Below are positions 1 to 8,589 of a DNA stretch of 32,000 bases, piece by piece (the first letter of the stretch is position 1; every line of letters starts with the position of its first letter). The notes beneath the pieces were generated by a model. The model did no database searches. It had not been told where the DNA came from and saw nothing but the letters and a program-made list of their open reading frames with translations. A program made the position numbers and the translations under genes. Origin of the DNA: Haloferax volcanii DS2 (GTDB taxonomy: Archaea > Halobacteriota > Halobacteria > Halobacteriales > Haloferacaceae); assembly GCF_000025685.1 (NCBI RefSeq), contig NC_013966.1, positions 240,001-272,000 on the forward strand, read 5' to 3'.

Positions 1-1617
1 TCCTCCCAGTTTGTGGTTTCCAGATGTTCTTTCGCGTCGCTGTAGAGCCACTGGTCTTGGCTACACAGATTGAAGTACTCGCGCGCTTCGCTTTCTGTGT
101 CTGTAGCAAGTAGCTGTCTGACTTTCTGTTTCTGGCGTTCCGGGGTGAGTGAGATAGCGAATTCGTTGTGCGTGGTTACGATACCGGGTGCGGGGTCGCC
201 GTATTCTGAGAAAATTTGTGGCACTTTCACCCAGTCGTGATAGGAACTTGCGAGTTCCTCGTCCCGAGGTACGAAGAGGTAGTGCGGCTCACGCGGAGTC
301 ACCTCTTCCCACTCGATATCGTTCATGTCGTTGCCGCTCAGTGCTTCGTACTTCTCCTCTCTCGTTCCCCACAGGTCGCTGTGGTAGATATCAGCGTATT
401 CGCCGTCATCCACGTTGTCGGTTTTTACAAAGATACTGATGGCGACACCCTGTTGGATGTCGAACACGTTCTCGTCAGTACCGCCTTCCGGGGGTTCCTC
501 CAGCCTGTTCGAGTTCCCGTGTAGGTCAAGCACGTAAATTTCGTCGAACTCCAACAGCAACTGCTCACGCATCCCCATGAACGTCGGATTGTCGATGTAC
601 GCATGATTCGTGATGTACCCCAGCGTACCTTCAGCGGCGTCAGCGAGTTTCCACTGTGCCCAGCGGATGAACTTCACATAGTCGTCGTGCAGCCACTTCG
701 CCTGCCCACGCTTCTGTAACTCCGGATATCCCTCTTTGTAGTCCTCGACGAGGGATTCAATCCACTCCCCCTGATTTTCTGAGTGCCCTGAGTATGGCGG
801 ATTCCCTAAAATAGCCAAAATTGGGGTGTCCTCCTTCACTTCGTGGGCCATCTCCGCTTCCTCGGCGAGCGACGCCGCGAACGGCAGGTGCGTCTGTTCC
901 GCTTCCTCTGGCTCTAACGTATTAGTCAGGAATAACTTCACGCGGTCATCGTCGTCGAGTTCATAGCCCTGTTCTTCGAACAGAATCGCCATTTTCAGAT
1001 GGCCGATAGTGTACGCCGCGACGAGTAGCTCGAACGAATAGAAGTCCTTCAAGACGTGGTCGGACAGCAGTGCTGACACCCCACCACGACCGTATTTCTC
1101 CGCGTACTCCTCGACCGCCAGTCGCGTCGCCGCAGCTGTGAACGTCATCGTACCTGCGGCAGGGTCAAGAATAGTAACATCTTCGTCCGCAAGACCGTCT
1201 CCGCGCCCAAGGTCGGTTTTCAGCACAGAGTTCACTGACTTCGTAATCCACTCTACCACCGGCTCTGGCGTGTAGTACACGCCTTTCTGCTGGCGAGTTT
1301 CCGGGTCGTACTCTTCGAGGAACGTCTCGTAGAAGTGAACAAGCGGTGTGGATTCGGCTCTATCCGCGTAGAACTCGCTCAGAATATCGTCTACGTTCGT
1401 ACCGGAGAGTACGTCTGCGACGTCATCAACAATCCATTCGATTTCTGTTGGCGGGTCGGACGTGGAGATGAAGTCAAAGATATCTTTCAGAATACCGATA
1501 GTGGACGGGATAGCGTCGGCAGCATCAGTGCGGCTGAACTCGCCTGATACCCGCGTTCGAGCGGTGAGTAAACCGTACGTGATGGTTTGGCTGTAGATAT
1601 CAGCGAACTCTCGCCGG
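1..1617 (-). pseudogene. N6-adenine DNA methyltransferase of the type IIG / type ISP / BREX PglX-like class. The 5' end is truncated by an IS and the 3' end runs off the window.
   Basis: Open minus-strand frame from 1616 to the window edge. It is absent from the ORF track because it has no start or stop inside the window. The translation contains FADIYSQTITYGLLTAR, YYTPEPVVEWI, ILDPAAGTMTF (AdoMet motif I), ILGNPPYSGHS (NPPY motif IV, nt 792-803) and LHGNS..DENVFDIQQGVAI. The frame is cut at 1617/1618 by the IS terminal repeat. Confidence 0.8.
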
Positions 1618-3062
1618 CATGCGTTCTAGTTTAGTAGCGATCAAAGCCGAACTCACCTCGTTCAACCTGCTCACGTAACCGTTGCCTGTGTGGATTTGGA
1701 TTACGCGACGCCCACAGCAACAGCTCGTCCAAATCCGGCAGTTCGTAGCCCAACTCGATCATGAGATACAACTGGATTAGATGACCGTGGCGTTCCACGG
1801 CGAGCGAACAGCGACGCCGAGGGAGCCGCGACGCCGACGAGTCGGCGTCTGCGGCGGCTTCGCCCTCTCGCTGTCTTGCCTCGAGCGACCGTAACTCATC
1901 CACGATTACACGACTCATCATCAACGAAATTGCGGCCATGATGATCAGCGCCTCGATGATGTAGCCGTCGGTCGTCTTGATCTCGTCCAAGCCGAACCGC
2001 GACTTCAACTCCTTGAACAGCAGTTCGACCTCCCAGCGCGCCCGATAGAGCTGCGCGATATCGGGCGCGCTGTAGCTTTCTCTCGCCAGATTCGTCAGAT
2101 ACAGATGGTACTCTTCGCTCTCCTTGTTACGCAGGCCGACCAATCGGAACGACCGGGTCGCGCTGGCGCCCGACCCTCGTTTGCGCTCGAATGAAAGCGT
2201 GATGCGTACGTCGATTTCCTGTCGCTGCAGGTCCTCAAGGACGGCCTGCAGCGACTCTCCTTCCAGCGGAATGCTGTTGCCTCGCCACGTTCGCAGTTCT
2301 TCGACGATCTCGAAGTTCGCGTTGTCCTTCACCCGGGAGACGAACCACCCGCCGTTCTGGTCGATTCGGTCGAACAACCAGAAGTCGTAGAAGCCTAAAT
2401 CGAGCAAGATGAGGGCGTCAGCTACCCACTCGCCGGTGGGTAGCTGACTCCGTTCATGAGTCGTCCCATCGGTTGTCCGGAATCGTGTCGGGAGCCCAGT
2501 CGAGAGAGATTCGGTGAGGTGAAGTTTCAGTTCGGCTTGATGGTCGCCGGTTGCTGTGTAGATATCAGCGGCGTCCTGGTACAGCGAAACGATGGTTGCG
2601 TCAGCAATGAGGACGTCTCGAAAGCGTTCGAGACGGCCGTTCAAATCTTCTCGTCCGGTATCGAGATTCTCGATTGCGTCATCGAGAATCTCTCGAAGGA
2701 GTGCAACGAATCCTGGTTCGAACCAGTCGTGGAACGATGCGTAGGAGAGTTCGTCACAGTCAGCCATCTCGACGTAGCGTTCGAGAAATGCTTGGAGAGA
2801 GCGGTCTGAGCCAGCAGCGAAGCCAAACGAGAGTGTGTAGAACAGCGCAACGATGTCGAATTTCCGCTCTCGTTGGACGAGATTCGTTGCGCGAGCGCGC
2901 TCGCGCAACTCATCAGAGGGAAACGCTCTTTGAATCCGGTCAACTATGACCGAATCCGGTGGGCTGTAGGTCATACTTCCCACCGGGTTTCTCAATCAGG
3001 TAGTTGCGACGATATCAAATCAACAGACAGCAACTGGATTCTTCGTTAAACTAGAACGGATG
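1618..3062 (-). mobile_element. IS4-family (ISH8-like) insertion sequence, copy A, 1445 bp, no target-site duplication
   Basis: Terminal inverted repeats CAT[G/C]CGTTCTAGTTTA at 1618-1633 and 3047-3062. Near-identical to copy B at 21219-22663. The flanking 10-mers differ (ctctcgccgg versus gttgcatcac). Confidence 0.9.
1631..2995 (-). CDS. IS4-family DDE transposase (454 aa)
   Basis: Full-length ORF inside the IR-bounded element. It has 11 aa differences from the copy at 21232..22596. The C-terminal YRARWEVELLFKELK motif is typical of IS4-type transposases. Confidence 0.9.
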   Translation of the reverse strand: MRNPVGSMTYSPPDSVIVDRIQRAFPSDELRERARATNLVQRERKFDIVALFYTLSFGFAAGSDRSLQAFLERYVEMADCDELSYASFHDWFEPGFVALLREILDDAIENLDTGREDLNGRLERFRDVLIADATIVSLYQDAADIYTATGDHQAELKLHLTESLSTGLPTRFRTTDGTTHERSQLPTGEWVADALILLDLGFYDFWLFDRIDQNGGWFVSRVKDNANFEIVEELRTWRGNSIPLEGESLQAVLEDLQRQEIDVRITLSFERKRGSGASATRSFRLVGLRNKESEEYHLYLTNLARESYSAPDIAQLYRARWEVELLFKELKSRFGLDEIKTTDGYIIEALIIMAAISLMMSRVIVDELRSLEARQREGEAAADADSSASRLPRRRCSLAVERHGHLIQLYLMIELGYELPDLDELLLWASRNPNPHRQRLREQVERGEFGFDRY

Positions 3063-3068
3063 GTTGCA

Positions 3069-3368
3069 TCACTCTTCTCCCTCGTCGGTGTCGCGAGCGG
3101 CGGTCCAGCCTCGATGGAAGACCGCGAGTTGGAGAATCGAATCGAATGCCTCGTCGCTTGGCTCGTGGACGAGGACGCGTTCGTCGGGGATGGGAGTGAC
3201 GACGTCGTCGTCGACGAGGTCATTGACCAGAGAATGGGCTCCCCTCTCGTCGATATCCGCTACCACCACGCGGGCAGCATCTTGATCCTGTGCGACGAGT
3301 TCCGCTTCAAACCGTTCGTGGTCGGCTGATGCATCGTCGAGTGCGTCTGTACCGGGCATGGGAATCAC
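3069..3368 (-). CDS. hypothetical acidic protein (99 aa)
   Basis: ORF with halophile-like acidic composition. Its stop lies 7 nt from the IS end, so the C-terminus may not be native. No recognisable motif. Confidence 0.35.
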   Translation of the reverse strand: MIPMPGTDALDDASADHERFEAELVAQDQDAARVVVADIDERGAHSLVNDLVDDDVVTPIPDERVLVHEPSDEAFDSILQLAVFHRGWTAARDTDEGEE

Positions 3369-3373
3369 GTCGG

Positions 3374-3414
3374 CGCGTATTGACGCCCCTCGGCCTCTCA
3401 GGCGCGGACAAACT
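3374..3414. repeat. 41 bp direct repeat, copy 1 (partner at 6523-6563)
   Basis: cgcgtattgacgcccctcggcctctcaggcgcggacaaact versus cgcgtattgacgcgcctcggcctctcaggtgcggacaaact, 39/41 identical, same orientation. Confidence 0.85.
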
Positions 3415-3696
3415 GTTCTATATCATTCGTGTTGGACACCGCTAACGCAGTGTCGCTCCCCTCTTCGATCCCAGAGTGACAGCTGGACGCTATCAACGAA
3501 CGTCTACAGAAGAGCGATGTCTGAAAATGCAAGTAAATGTTATATATCCTGAATGAAACAAGATTAACTGGTGACAGGATGTCTGAGAAAAGAAGAAAGT
3601 TGACTCGAATGGGTCGGCGTAGGTTCCTGAATACTCTCAGCAGTTTGGGCGTAGGAGGCGCAGCGATTTCGTTCATGTCCCAGGATGCGTTTGCAG

Positions 3697-4637
3697 GGCT
3701 GTGTTGAATCGCCATACGGCGTAGGTTTTTCACTGTTTCACGGCACGCTTAATGTTGTAAACGACACACATCAGAGCTATTTCCCGGAACTCACGGAACC
3801 AAGTACGCGCTCGCACGGCGAAGCCGAGCGAGCGCTTGACCGCCGAGTTCACGGTCTCAGACATAGAGCGCTGATTGTAGCGCTGTTCGTCGATTCTGGC
3901 GTTGTGCGCGTGATCATAGGGAGCGAAGATGCGATGTTTGATGAGTGGGCGAATCCCGAGGTTACGAAGGGATTCGCGGAGCGATTTCTTGTCGTATCCC
4001 TTGTCGGCGGCAAGAGACCGCAGATCGCCCGCGTTCCGGCGGGCGATCTGCTCGGCAAGGTCGGCGTCACTTCCTTTCCGGTTCGTCGAACAGTGTACGT
4101 CAAGAACGGCTTGAGAGTCTGTATCGACGAGCTTCGTCACTTTGAGCTTCTGGACGCGGTAGCTTGTTCGCTGGCAGTAGTGACGGCTCGCAGCTGATCG
4201 TTCGTAGAACGTGGCGTCGATTGCACCGTGTTTCGAGGGGTCGTGCAGCTGCGCCGACTGGCGCAGCAGCACTCGGCAGACGCTCATGCTGATCCGGTCG
4301 AACGCTTTACACAACGTGGATGGCGAGGGGAGATCGGCCGTGTCGAGGCCGATCTCCCCGGTTATTTGTGGCATCTCCTTCAGTAGGTCAATCGTCATCC
4401 GGTAGGACGTGTTGAGGTAAATCCGTAGACAATGGAGGGAAACGAGCGCGTAGTCAGCGAATCCGCCGCCACCTTGTGGGGCGGCGGATTCGTCTCCATC
4501 ACCAGTAACTCTTTGAGAAATCGGGACAATCTCGCTAGTGAAGCGAGAGATTTGCGTCATGTACATTCGCAGTCTCCCGCTTCAATTCCTTTGATTTAGC
4601 GACCCATCCCGACGCTGTCTAGTGATTCAACAGAGCC
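3697..4637 (-). mobile_element. IS5-family (ISH1-group-like) insertion sequence, 941 bp, 8 bp TSD
   Basis: IRs GGCT[G/C]TGTTGAATC at 3697-3710 and 4624-4637. Perfect direct duplication GTTTGCAG at 3689-3696 and 4638-4645. Confidence 0.9.
3730..4566 (-). CDS. IS5-family DDE transposase (278 aa)
   Basis: ORF inside the IR-bounded element. The C-terminal YNQRSMSETVNSAVKRSLG motif (Y-x2-R-x3-E) is typical of IS5-family enzymes. Confidence 0.9.
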   Translation of the reverse strand: MYMTQISRFTSEIVPISQRVTGDGDESAAPQGGGGFADYALVSLHCLRIYLNTSYRMTIDLLKEMPQITGEIGLDTADLPSPSTLCKAFDRISMSVCRVLLRQSAQLHDPSKHGAIDATFYERSAASRHYCQRTSYRVQKLKVTKLVDTDSQAVLDVHCSTNRKGSDADLAEQIARRNAGDLRSLAADKGYDKKSLRESLRNLGIRPLIKHRIFAPYDHAHNARIDEQRYNQRSMSETVNSAVKRSLGFAVRARTWFREFREIALMCVVYNIKRAVKQ

Positions 4638-5807
4638 GTTTGCAGAGTTAGATGTGAACCTCGACGACGAAGTCCCTCGCCTTGGTAGACTAGTCCATAC
4701 GAACCACGACGCAGTGGTAAACCAAGCAGTAAAACCAAATCGAGAGCCCAAATACTACAAGATCAGCCGAGAGAAATGGGCTATCGTTGAGAGTGCTCAT
4801 GATGTACGCAAACAAGTAGAAGAACAACTTTCATCACTCCCAGTTCCGGTACGAGTGGGAGTAACGACTGATACCTCCGGCCATCGTCGACGGAAGGTGG
4901 TCTCCGTTCAATACCTTATTCAGGAAACATCAAGTGGAGACGAGATTCGCCCCGACATGGCGTTCACTCAGTTTGAAGATCATCTCCCAGCCTCGGCTAC
5001 CGGTGTCGCTGGTAGAGGAACCGAGGAAGAACGTGCAGTTGAAGATATCCCGGTGAAGGCAGAGAAGGTAACTGTTAAGCCGGACTTCCCCTGCGATACT
5101 GATCCAGACACCCAGTACTACGACACGGAATACTTCCCTGATATCCCCGGTGGATGTTATTATATACCTGAGTCGGGATACTGTACGACTGGAACGCCTG
5201 CACACGACGACTTGAATGACGAGTTGGTAATCGTTGGTGCAGGTCACTGCCTAGACGAAGGGGTTGATAAGTGTTACCAGAACGACGAAGTTGAAGAAGA
5301 CCGCTTTGGCACCCCGGACGACACTCGTGTTGATCCGGGATTGCCGGTTGATGCTGGTGTGATACAGATGCGGAACGGTGCGAACGTTGATTACAGTCTC
5401 GCCGAGAATACGGATTCTGCGCCGTATGGACCAAACGTATTCGGGATCATCTCGGGTACCAAGATCAAAGACCGTGAAGGCGATACGAGCTGGGAGGTGA
5501 AAAAGCAGGGTGCTAATACAGGCATCTGCTCTGGTCATGTGACGTATGCATACGGTTCTACGTTCGACACCGATGCAATTAGTCGCGGTGGGGACTCTGG
5601 TGGACCCCACTACAGAGAAGACGATTATGGACGACCACTTATCGCTGGAATCAATTACGGACACCGAACTGATGGTAGCGATGACGCCATTGGTACATTA
5701 ATGTCTGCTATTGAATCACAGTTTAATGTGACTGTCTAATATCCAGTAACTAAAATCGATACTTAACCCACCGGAGTGCCTTTTATTATATGAGACAGAT
5801 ATCGTGT

Positions 5808-6359
5808 ATGAACCGACGAAAGTTACTACTGTCACTCGGAGCAACTTCACTAGCATTCCCCGGCTGTCTTGGGAAGCAGACGTTAAACGGAACTGACGAT
5901 GAATCATCTTCAGACCCAAATAATACGTCCAAATCAATGTGTGACGATTTAAACCGACTTCAAATTACGTGTGAGGGCCCAGAGAATTCGGCGTTCGATC
6001 TTTCGATTCCTCGCTCTCCTAGTTCGATCGGTGAGGAACTTCAAGTCCAGATGACGAATAGCACCGAGAAAACGAAGTATTCCGGAAACCGTTTTAAGTA
6101 CGATATCCAAAAAAAGACAGACCAAAGGTGGCAATCGATATTCTGGGTCCATGCCAGACCAGCGTGGTCGGACGAAGCGGTAGAGCATAAACCAGGTGCC
6201 GGATTTACTTGGGAATTTGAGTTTACTCAAGGAGGGCTCTCACGGCAAAACGACACGAATCCAGATTACTATGTCTGTAATTCCCTGTCAGAAGGCAGAT
6301 ATCGGTTTGTTTACTTCGGTTACGATACTCGTTGTATCGCCGCCGAGTTCATGATTTGA
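5808..6359 (+). CDS. predicted Tat-dependent lipoprotein, function unknown (183 aa)
   Basis: MNRRKLLLSLGATSLAFPGC has a twin-arginine motif, a hydrophobic stretch and a lipobox-like Cys. It lies 69 nt downstream of the protease gene on the same strand. The start is chosen at the internal ATG 5808 rather than 5790. Confidence 0.6.
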   Translation: MNRRKLLLSLGATSLAFPGCLGKQTLNGTDDESSSDPNNTSKSMCDDLNRLQITCEGPENSAFDLSIPRSPSSIGEELQVQMTNSTEKTKYSGNRFKYDIQKKTDQRWQSIFWVHARPAWSDEAVEHKPGAGFTWEFEFTQGGLSRQNDTNPDYYVCNSLSEGRYRFVYFGYDTRCIAAEFMI

Positions 6360-6522
6360 ACCCAGCATCTTTCCAAATATTCTCACACAGTCATACCTGT
6401 CCACTCATGAGGTATGATGCAGTCTATGGAGTTTCCAAGAAACAACTTCGGACGACTGTTTCGTTCGTTCTCACATCGAAATCAACCGAGCCAACAATCC
6501 TCTCGAGATGGAGGTACGTTGA

Positions 6523-6563
6523 CGCGTATTGACGCGCCTCGGCCTCTCAGGTGCGGACAAACT
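6523..6563. repeat. 41 bp direct repeat, copy 2 (partner at 3374-3414)
   Basis: See copy 1. 39/41 identity. Confidence 0.85.
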
Positions 6564-6578
6564 ACTCGCTGCCACGTT

Positions 6579-6621
6579 GTTAACCAACACTGAGGAGGGC
6601 CATGGTTCTGTGTTGGTTAAC
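6579..6621. promoter_or_regulatory. palindromic operator-like site GTTAACCAACAC-N19-GTGTTGGTTAAC
   Basis: Perfect 12 bp inverted arms at 6579-6590 and 6610-6621. The same TTAACCAAC/GTTGGTTAA arms recur at 8101-8141 and 16732-16771. Confidence 0.5.
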
Positions 6622-6815
6622 CTTCGGCGGAGTGATAAAACCGTTCGCGATACAGGCTCACCTTTGGGACATCCCTTACTCACTCCACAGGGCCGCTATC
6701 CGGTCTTCAATTTCGTCGAGGACGAGCCGAAGCACGTCGCGATGGTCGGTCGGCCACGAAGCGTCGTCGCCGGGGGTGGGGGCAGTCGGCGGGGAGTCAG
6801 AAGAATTCTGTTGGC

Positions 6816-7001
6816 TTACTCGTCTTCGAGTGCGGCGTATATCTCTGCGTGGCGGCGTCCGTCAAGTTTCCCCATCTCAAGGGCGATCGCATGACGTTCC
6901 TCGTCGCTATCGGCCGCCTGATACCGTTCGTATAATCGGCGAACTTCTTCATCGACCGTCGCCGAGGAATCGGTGCTGGACGCCATCTCTGTGTCGAACA
7001 T
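6816..7001 (-). CDS. small acidic protein (61 aa), third gene of the Doc operon
   Basis: The ORF starts 18 nt downstream of the doc stop on the same strand. It is acidic and predicted helical (EEVRRLYERYQAADSDEERHAIALEMG). Confidence 0.5.
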   Translation of the reverse strand: MFDTEMASSTDSSATVDEEVRRLYERYQAADSDEERHAIALEMGKLDGRRHAEIYAALEDE

Positions 7002-7019
7002 ACTCTGTGTGTCCCTTTA

Positions 7020-7418
7020 TCAGTTGCGACGAGCGCACGCTCGGAAGTAGATCACTGCGGTCTCAGTGTCGACGGCGGATTCATCGGTCGCAAAGCGGTG
7101 CAGTAAGGCGCGAATTTCGTCACCGTAGTCGAACGTGTACCCGTTCAGCATGTAGAAGACGACTACCGTTCGGAGCGCCGTTCGCTTGTTCCCGTCGACG
7201 AACGGATGATCCGCAACAAGAAGCCGCATCAGATGTACCGCTTTTTCATGCAGTGTCTGTGGAACCTCCCCAAAGTATCCTTCAGAGACGTACTGCACTG
7301 CAGATTCGATTGCATCCTCCGATCGAATTCCGGGTTCTGTGGCGTCGCCCTCGTCAACGATCTGCTCGTGGAGATCGAGAATGAGCTCGACCGAAGGATA
7401 CGCGACGTCGTCAGTCAC
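7020..7418 (-). CDS. doc: Fic/Doc-family toxin (death-on-curing type, 132 aa)
   Basis: Contains the Fic/Doc core motif HPFVDGNKRTA. Size and layout are typical of Doc toxins. Confidence 0.9.
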   Translation of the reverse strand: MTDDVAYPSVELILDLHEQIVDEGDATEPGIRSEDAIESAVQYVSEGYFGEVPQTLHEKAVHLMRLLVADHPFVDGNKRTALRTVVVFYMLNGYTFDYGDEIRALLHRFATDESAVDTETAVIYFRACARRN

Positions 7419-7480
7419 AATTGCGACTCTCTCGCGCTAGCCAATAGTCGTTTCTTCCGTGTTGTAACACTCGACGTCCG

Positions 7481-8008
7481 TCATTTCTCTTGGCAGTCGC
7501 TACGGGCGCGTTGCTGACGGGCACGTTCGTAGCGTGTTCGCTCGTTCCGAGCGGTCGCCCAGTCGCCGAGGTCACCGTACACGTCATCGATCGTCCGGTC
7601 GTCGCTCGATTGGGCAGCGGCGACGGCGTCGACGGCCGCTGGCGTCGGAGCACCATACGTGTCCTCGTACCCCTCGATCCGCGAGCTCAGTTCCCGAACG
7701 CGCTGCTGGAGGTCTTCGACGGAGTGGTCGGCCGCGAGTTGGTTGATTCGCCGCCACTCGAAGTAGGCGTCGTTGCGCTCGTACGTGGCCGGATGGCTAT
7801 TGTGGCGCGTGACGATACCGAGTTCACTGAACCAGCCCAGATATTTCCGAGCCGTTTTCGGGTCACAGTCGGCGGCGTTGGCGATAGCGCTTGCTGTCGT
7901 CGGCTCGCGAGTCTGGAGAACCGTCCCGTAGATGCGTTGCTCAACGTCGTCGCCACGAAACGCATCCTCGAAAGAGGGCGGGCCATCTGGAGACTCGCTG
8001 TTGGACAT
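7481..8008 (-). CDS. winged-helix DNA-binding protein (175 aa), first gene of the Doc operon
   Basis: N-terminal wHTH-like segment TTASAIANAADCDPKTARKYLGWFSELGIVTR followed by a long helical C-terminus. It ends 62 nt upstream of doc. Confidence 0.7.
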   Translation of the reverse strand: MSNSESPDGPPSFEDAFRGDDVEQRIYGTVLQTREPTTASAIANAADCDPKTARKYLGWFSELGIVTRHNSHPATYERNDAYFEWRRINQLAADHSVEDLQQRVRELSSRIEGYEDTYGAPTPAAVDAVAAAQSSDDRTIDDVYGDLGDWATARNERTRYERARQQRARSDCQEK

Positions 8009-8100
8009 ACTCGTTCTTGCGCGGCACAGGATATAGTTCTTACTTCGAGGAATAGTTTCCTGTCTTTGTGCGGGGTGGAATTCACCAACTTACCACAATC

Positions 8101-8141
8101 TTAACCAACGTGCGTTATTCTCTTGTGCTATTGTTGGTTAA
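8101..8141. promoter_or_regulatory. palindromic operator-like site TTAACCAAC-N23-GTTGGTTAA
   Basis: Arms at 8101-8109 and 8133-8141 (10 bp if the flanking C/G is included). Located in the 150 nt gap upstream of the wHTH-Doc operon start at 8008. Confidence 0.5.
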
Positions 8142-8157
8142 GGCGTCAGTCCTGAAC

Positions 8158-8589
8158 TCAAAGCTCCCGAACGGGCACCACCTGGAACTTGTCGGGGCCA
8201 CCAACGACGCCATTCTGACCCACATCACTGCCCAGTGACGACCGCTGTGTGAGTCGGTTGACCAACTCCTCACGAACCGCTTCACGGCTGACTGTCGTTT
8301 CGTGCCAGCCGAGACGCTCGTCGAAATGCCGCTTCTGGAACCGTTGCCCGACGTCGTCGACAGCAATGAACTGTGTCCGCTTTACGCCCGCAACACTCGT
8401 TGAGACGAACTCGGCTCCGACATCTCCGTGAGTGAGTTCGACGAGTACATGCTCGACAACTGAGACGATGCCAGTCGGACTTCTGCCGTGCGGGAGCGTC
8501 AGTTCGAGATCTGTCCACGGTTCGTCGCTCGGTTGTTCAGTATGCTCGCTATGAAGTCGTAATCGCTGTTGCTCGTAGTCGGAAGACAT
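8158..8589 (-). CDS. hypothetical protein (143 aa from ATG 8589; the ORF is open to 8667)
   Basis: Acidic ORF with no recognisable motif. The start is ambiguous between 8667 (a non-ATG codon in the track) and ATG 8589. Confidence 0.5.
   Translation of the reverse strand: MSSDYEQQRLRLHSEHTEQPSDEPWTDLELTLPHGRSPTGIVSVVEHVLVELTHGDVGAEFVSTSVAGVKRTQFIAVDDVGQRFQKRHFDERLGWHETTVSREAVREELVNRLTQRSSLGSDVGQNGVVGGPDKFQVVPVREL

Larger units (their letters stand above)
3579..5739 (+). pseudogene. Tat-secreted S1 (chymotrypsin/streptogrisin-like) serine protease, interrupted by an IS5-family element
   Basis: ATG at 3579 encodes MSEKRRKLTRMGRRRFLNTLSSLGVGGAAISFMSQDAFA, a twin-arginine signal. Removing the IS and one TSD copy joins this in frame to ELDVNLDDEVPRL..., which is ORF 4654..5739. 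The catalytic His lies in VGAGHC and the catalytic Ser in GDSGGP. Confidence 0.8.

Noticed and set aside
6602-7384. 260 aa ORF on the plus strand
   Set aside because: It is antisense to the Doc toxin and small acidic protein genes. The product is Arg/Ser/Cys-rich and basic, unlike halophilic proteins. Long antisense ORFs are expected in GC-rich DNA.
7490-8104. 204 aa ORF on the plus strand
   Set aside because: It is antisense to the wHTH gene at 7481..8008, whose acidic composition and HTH segment are far more convincing.
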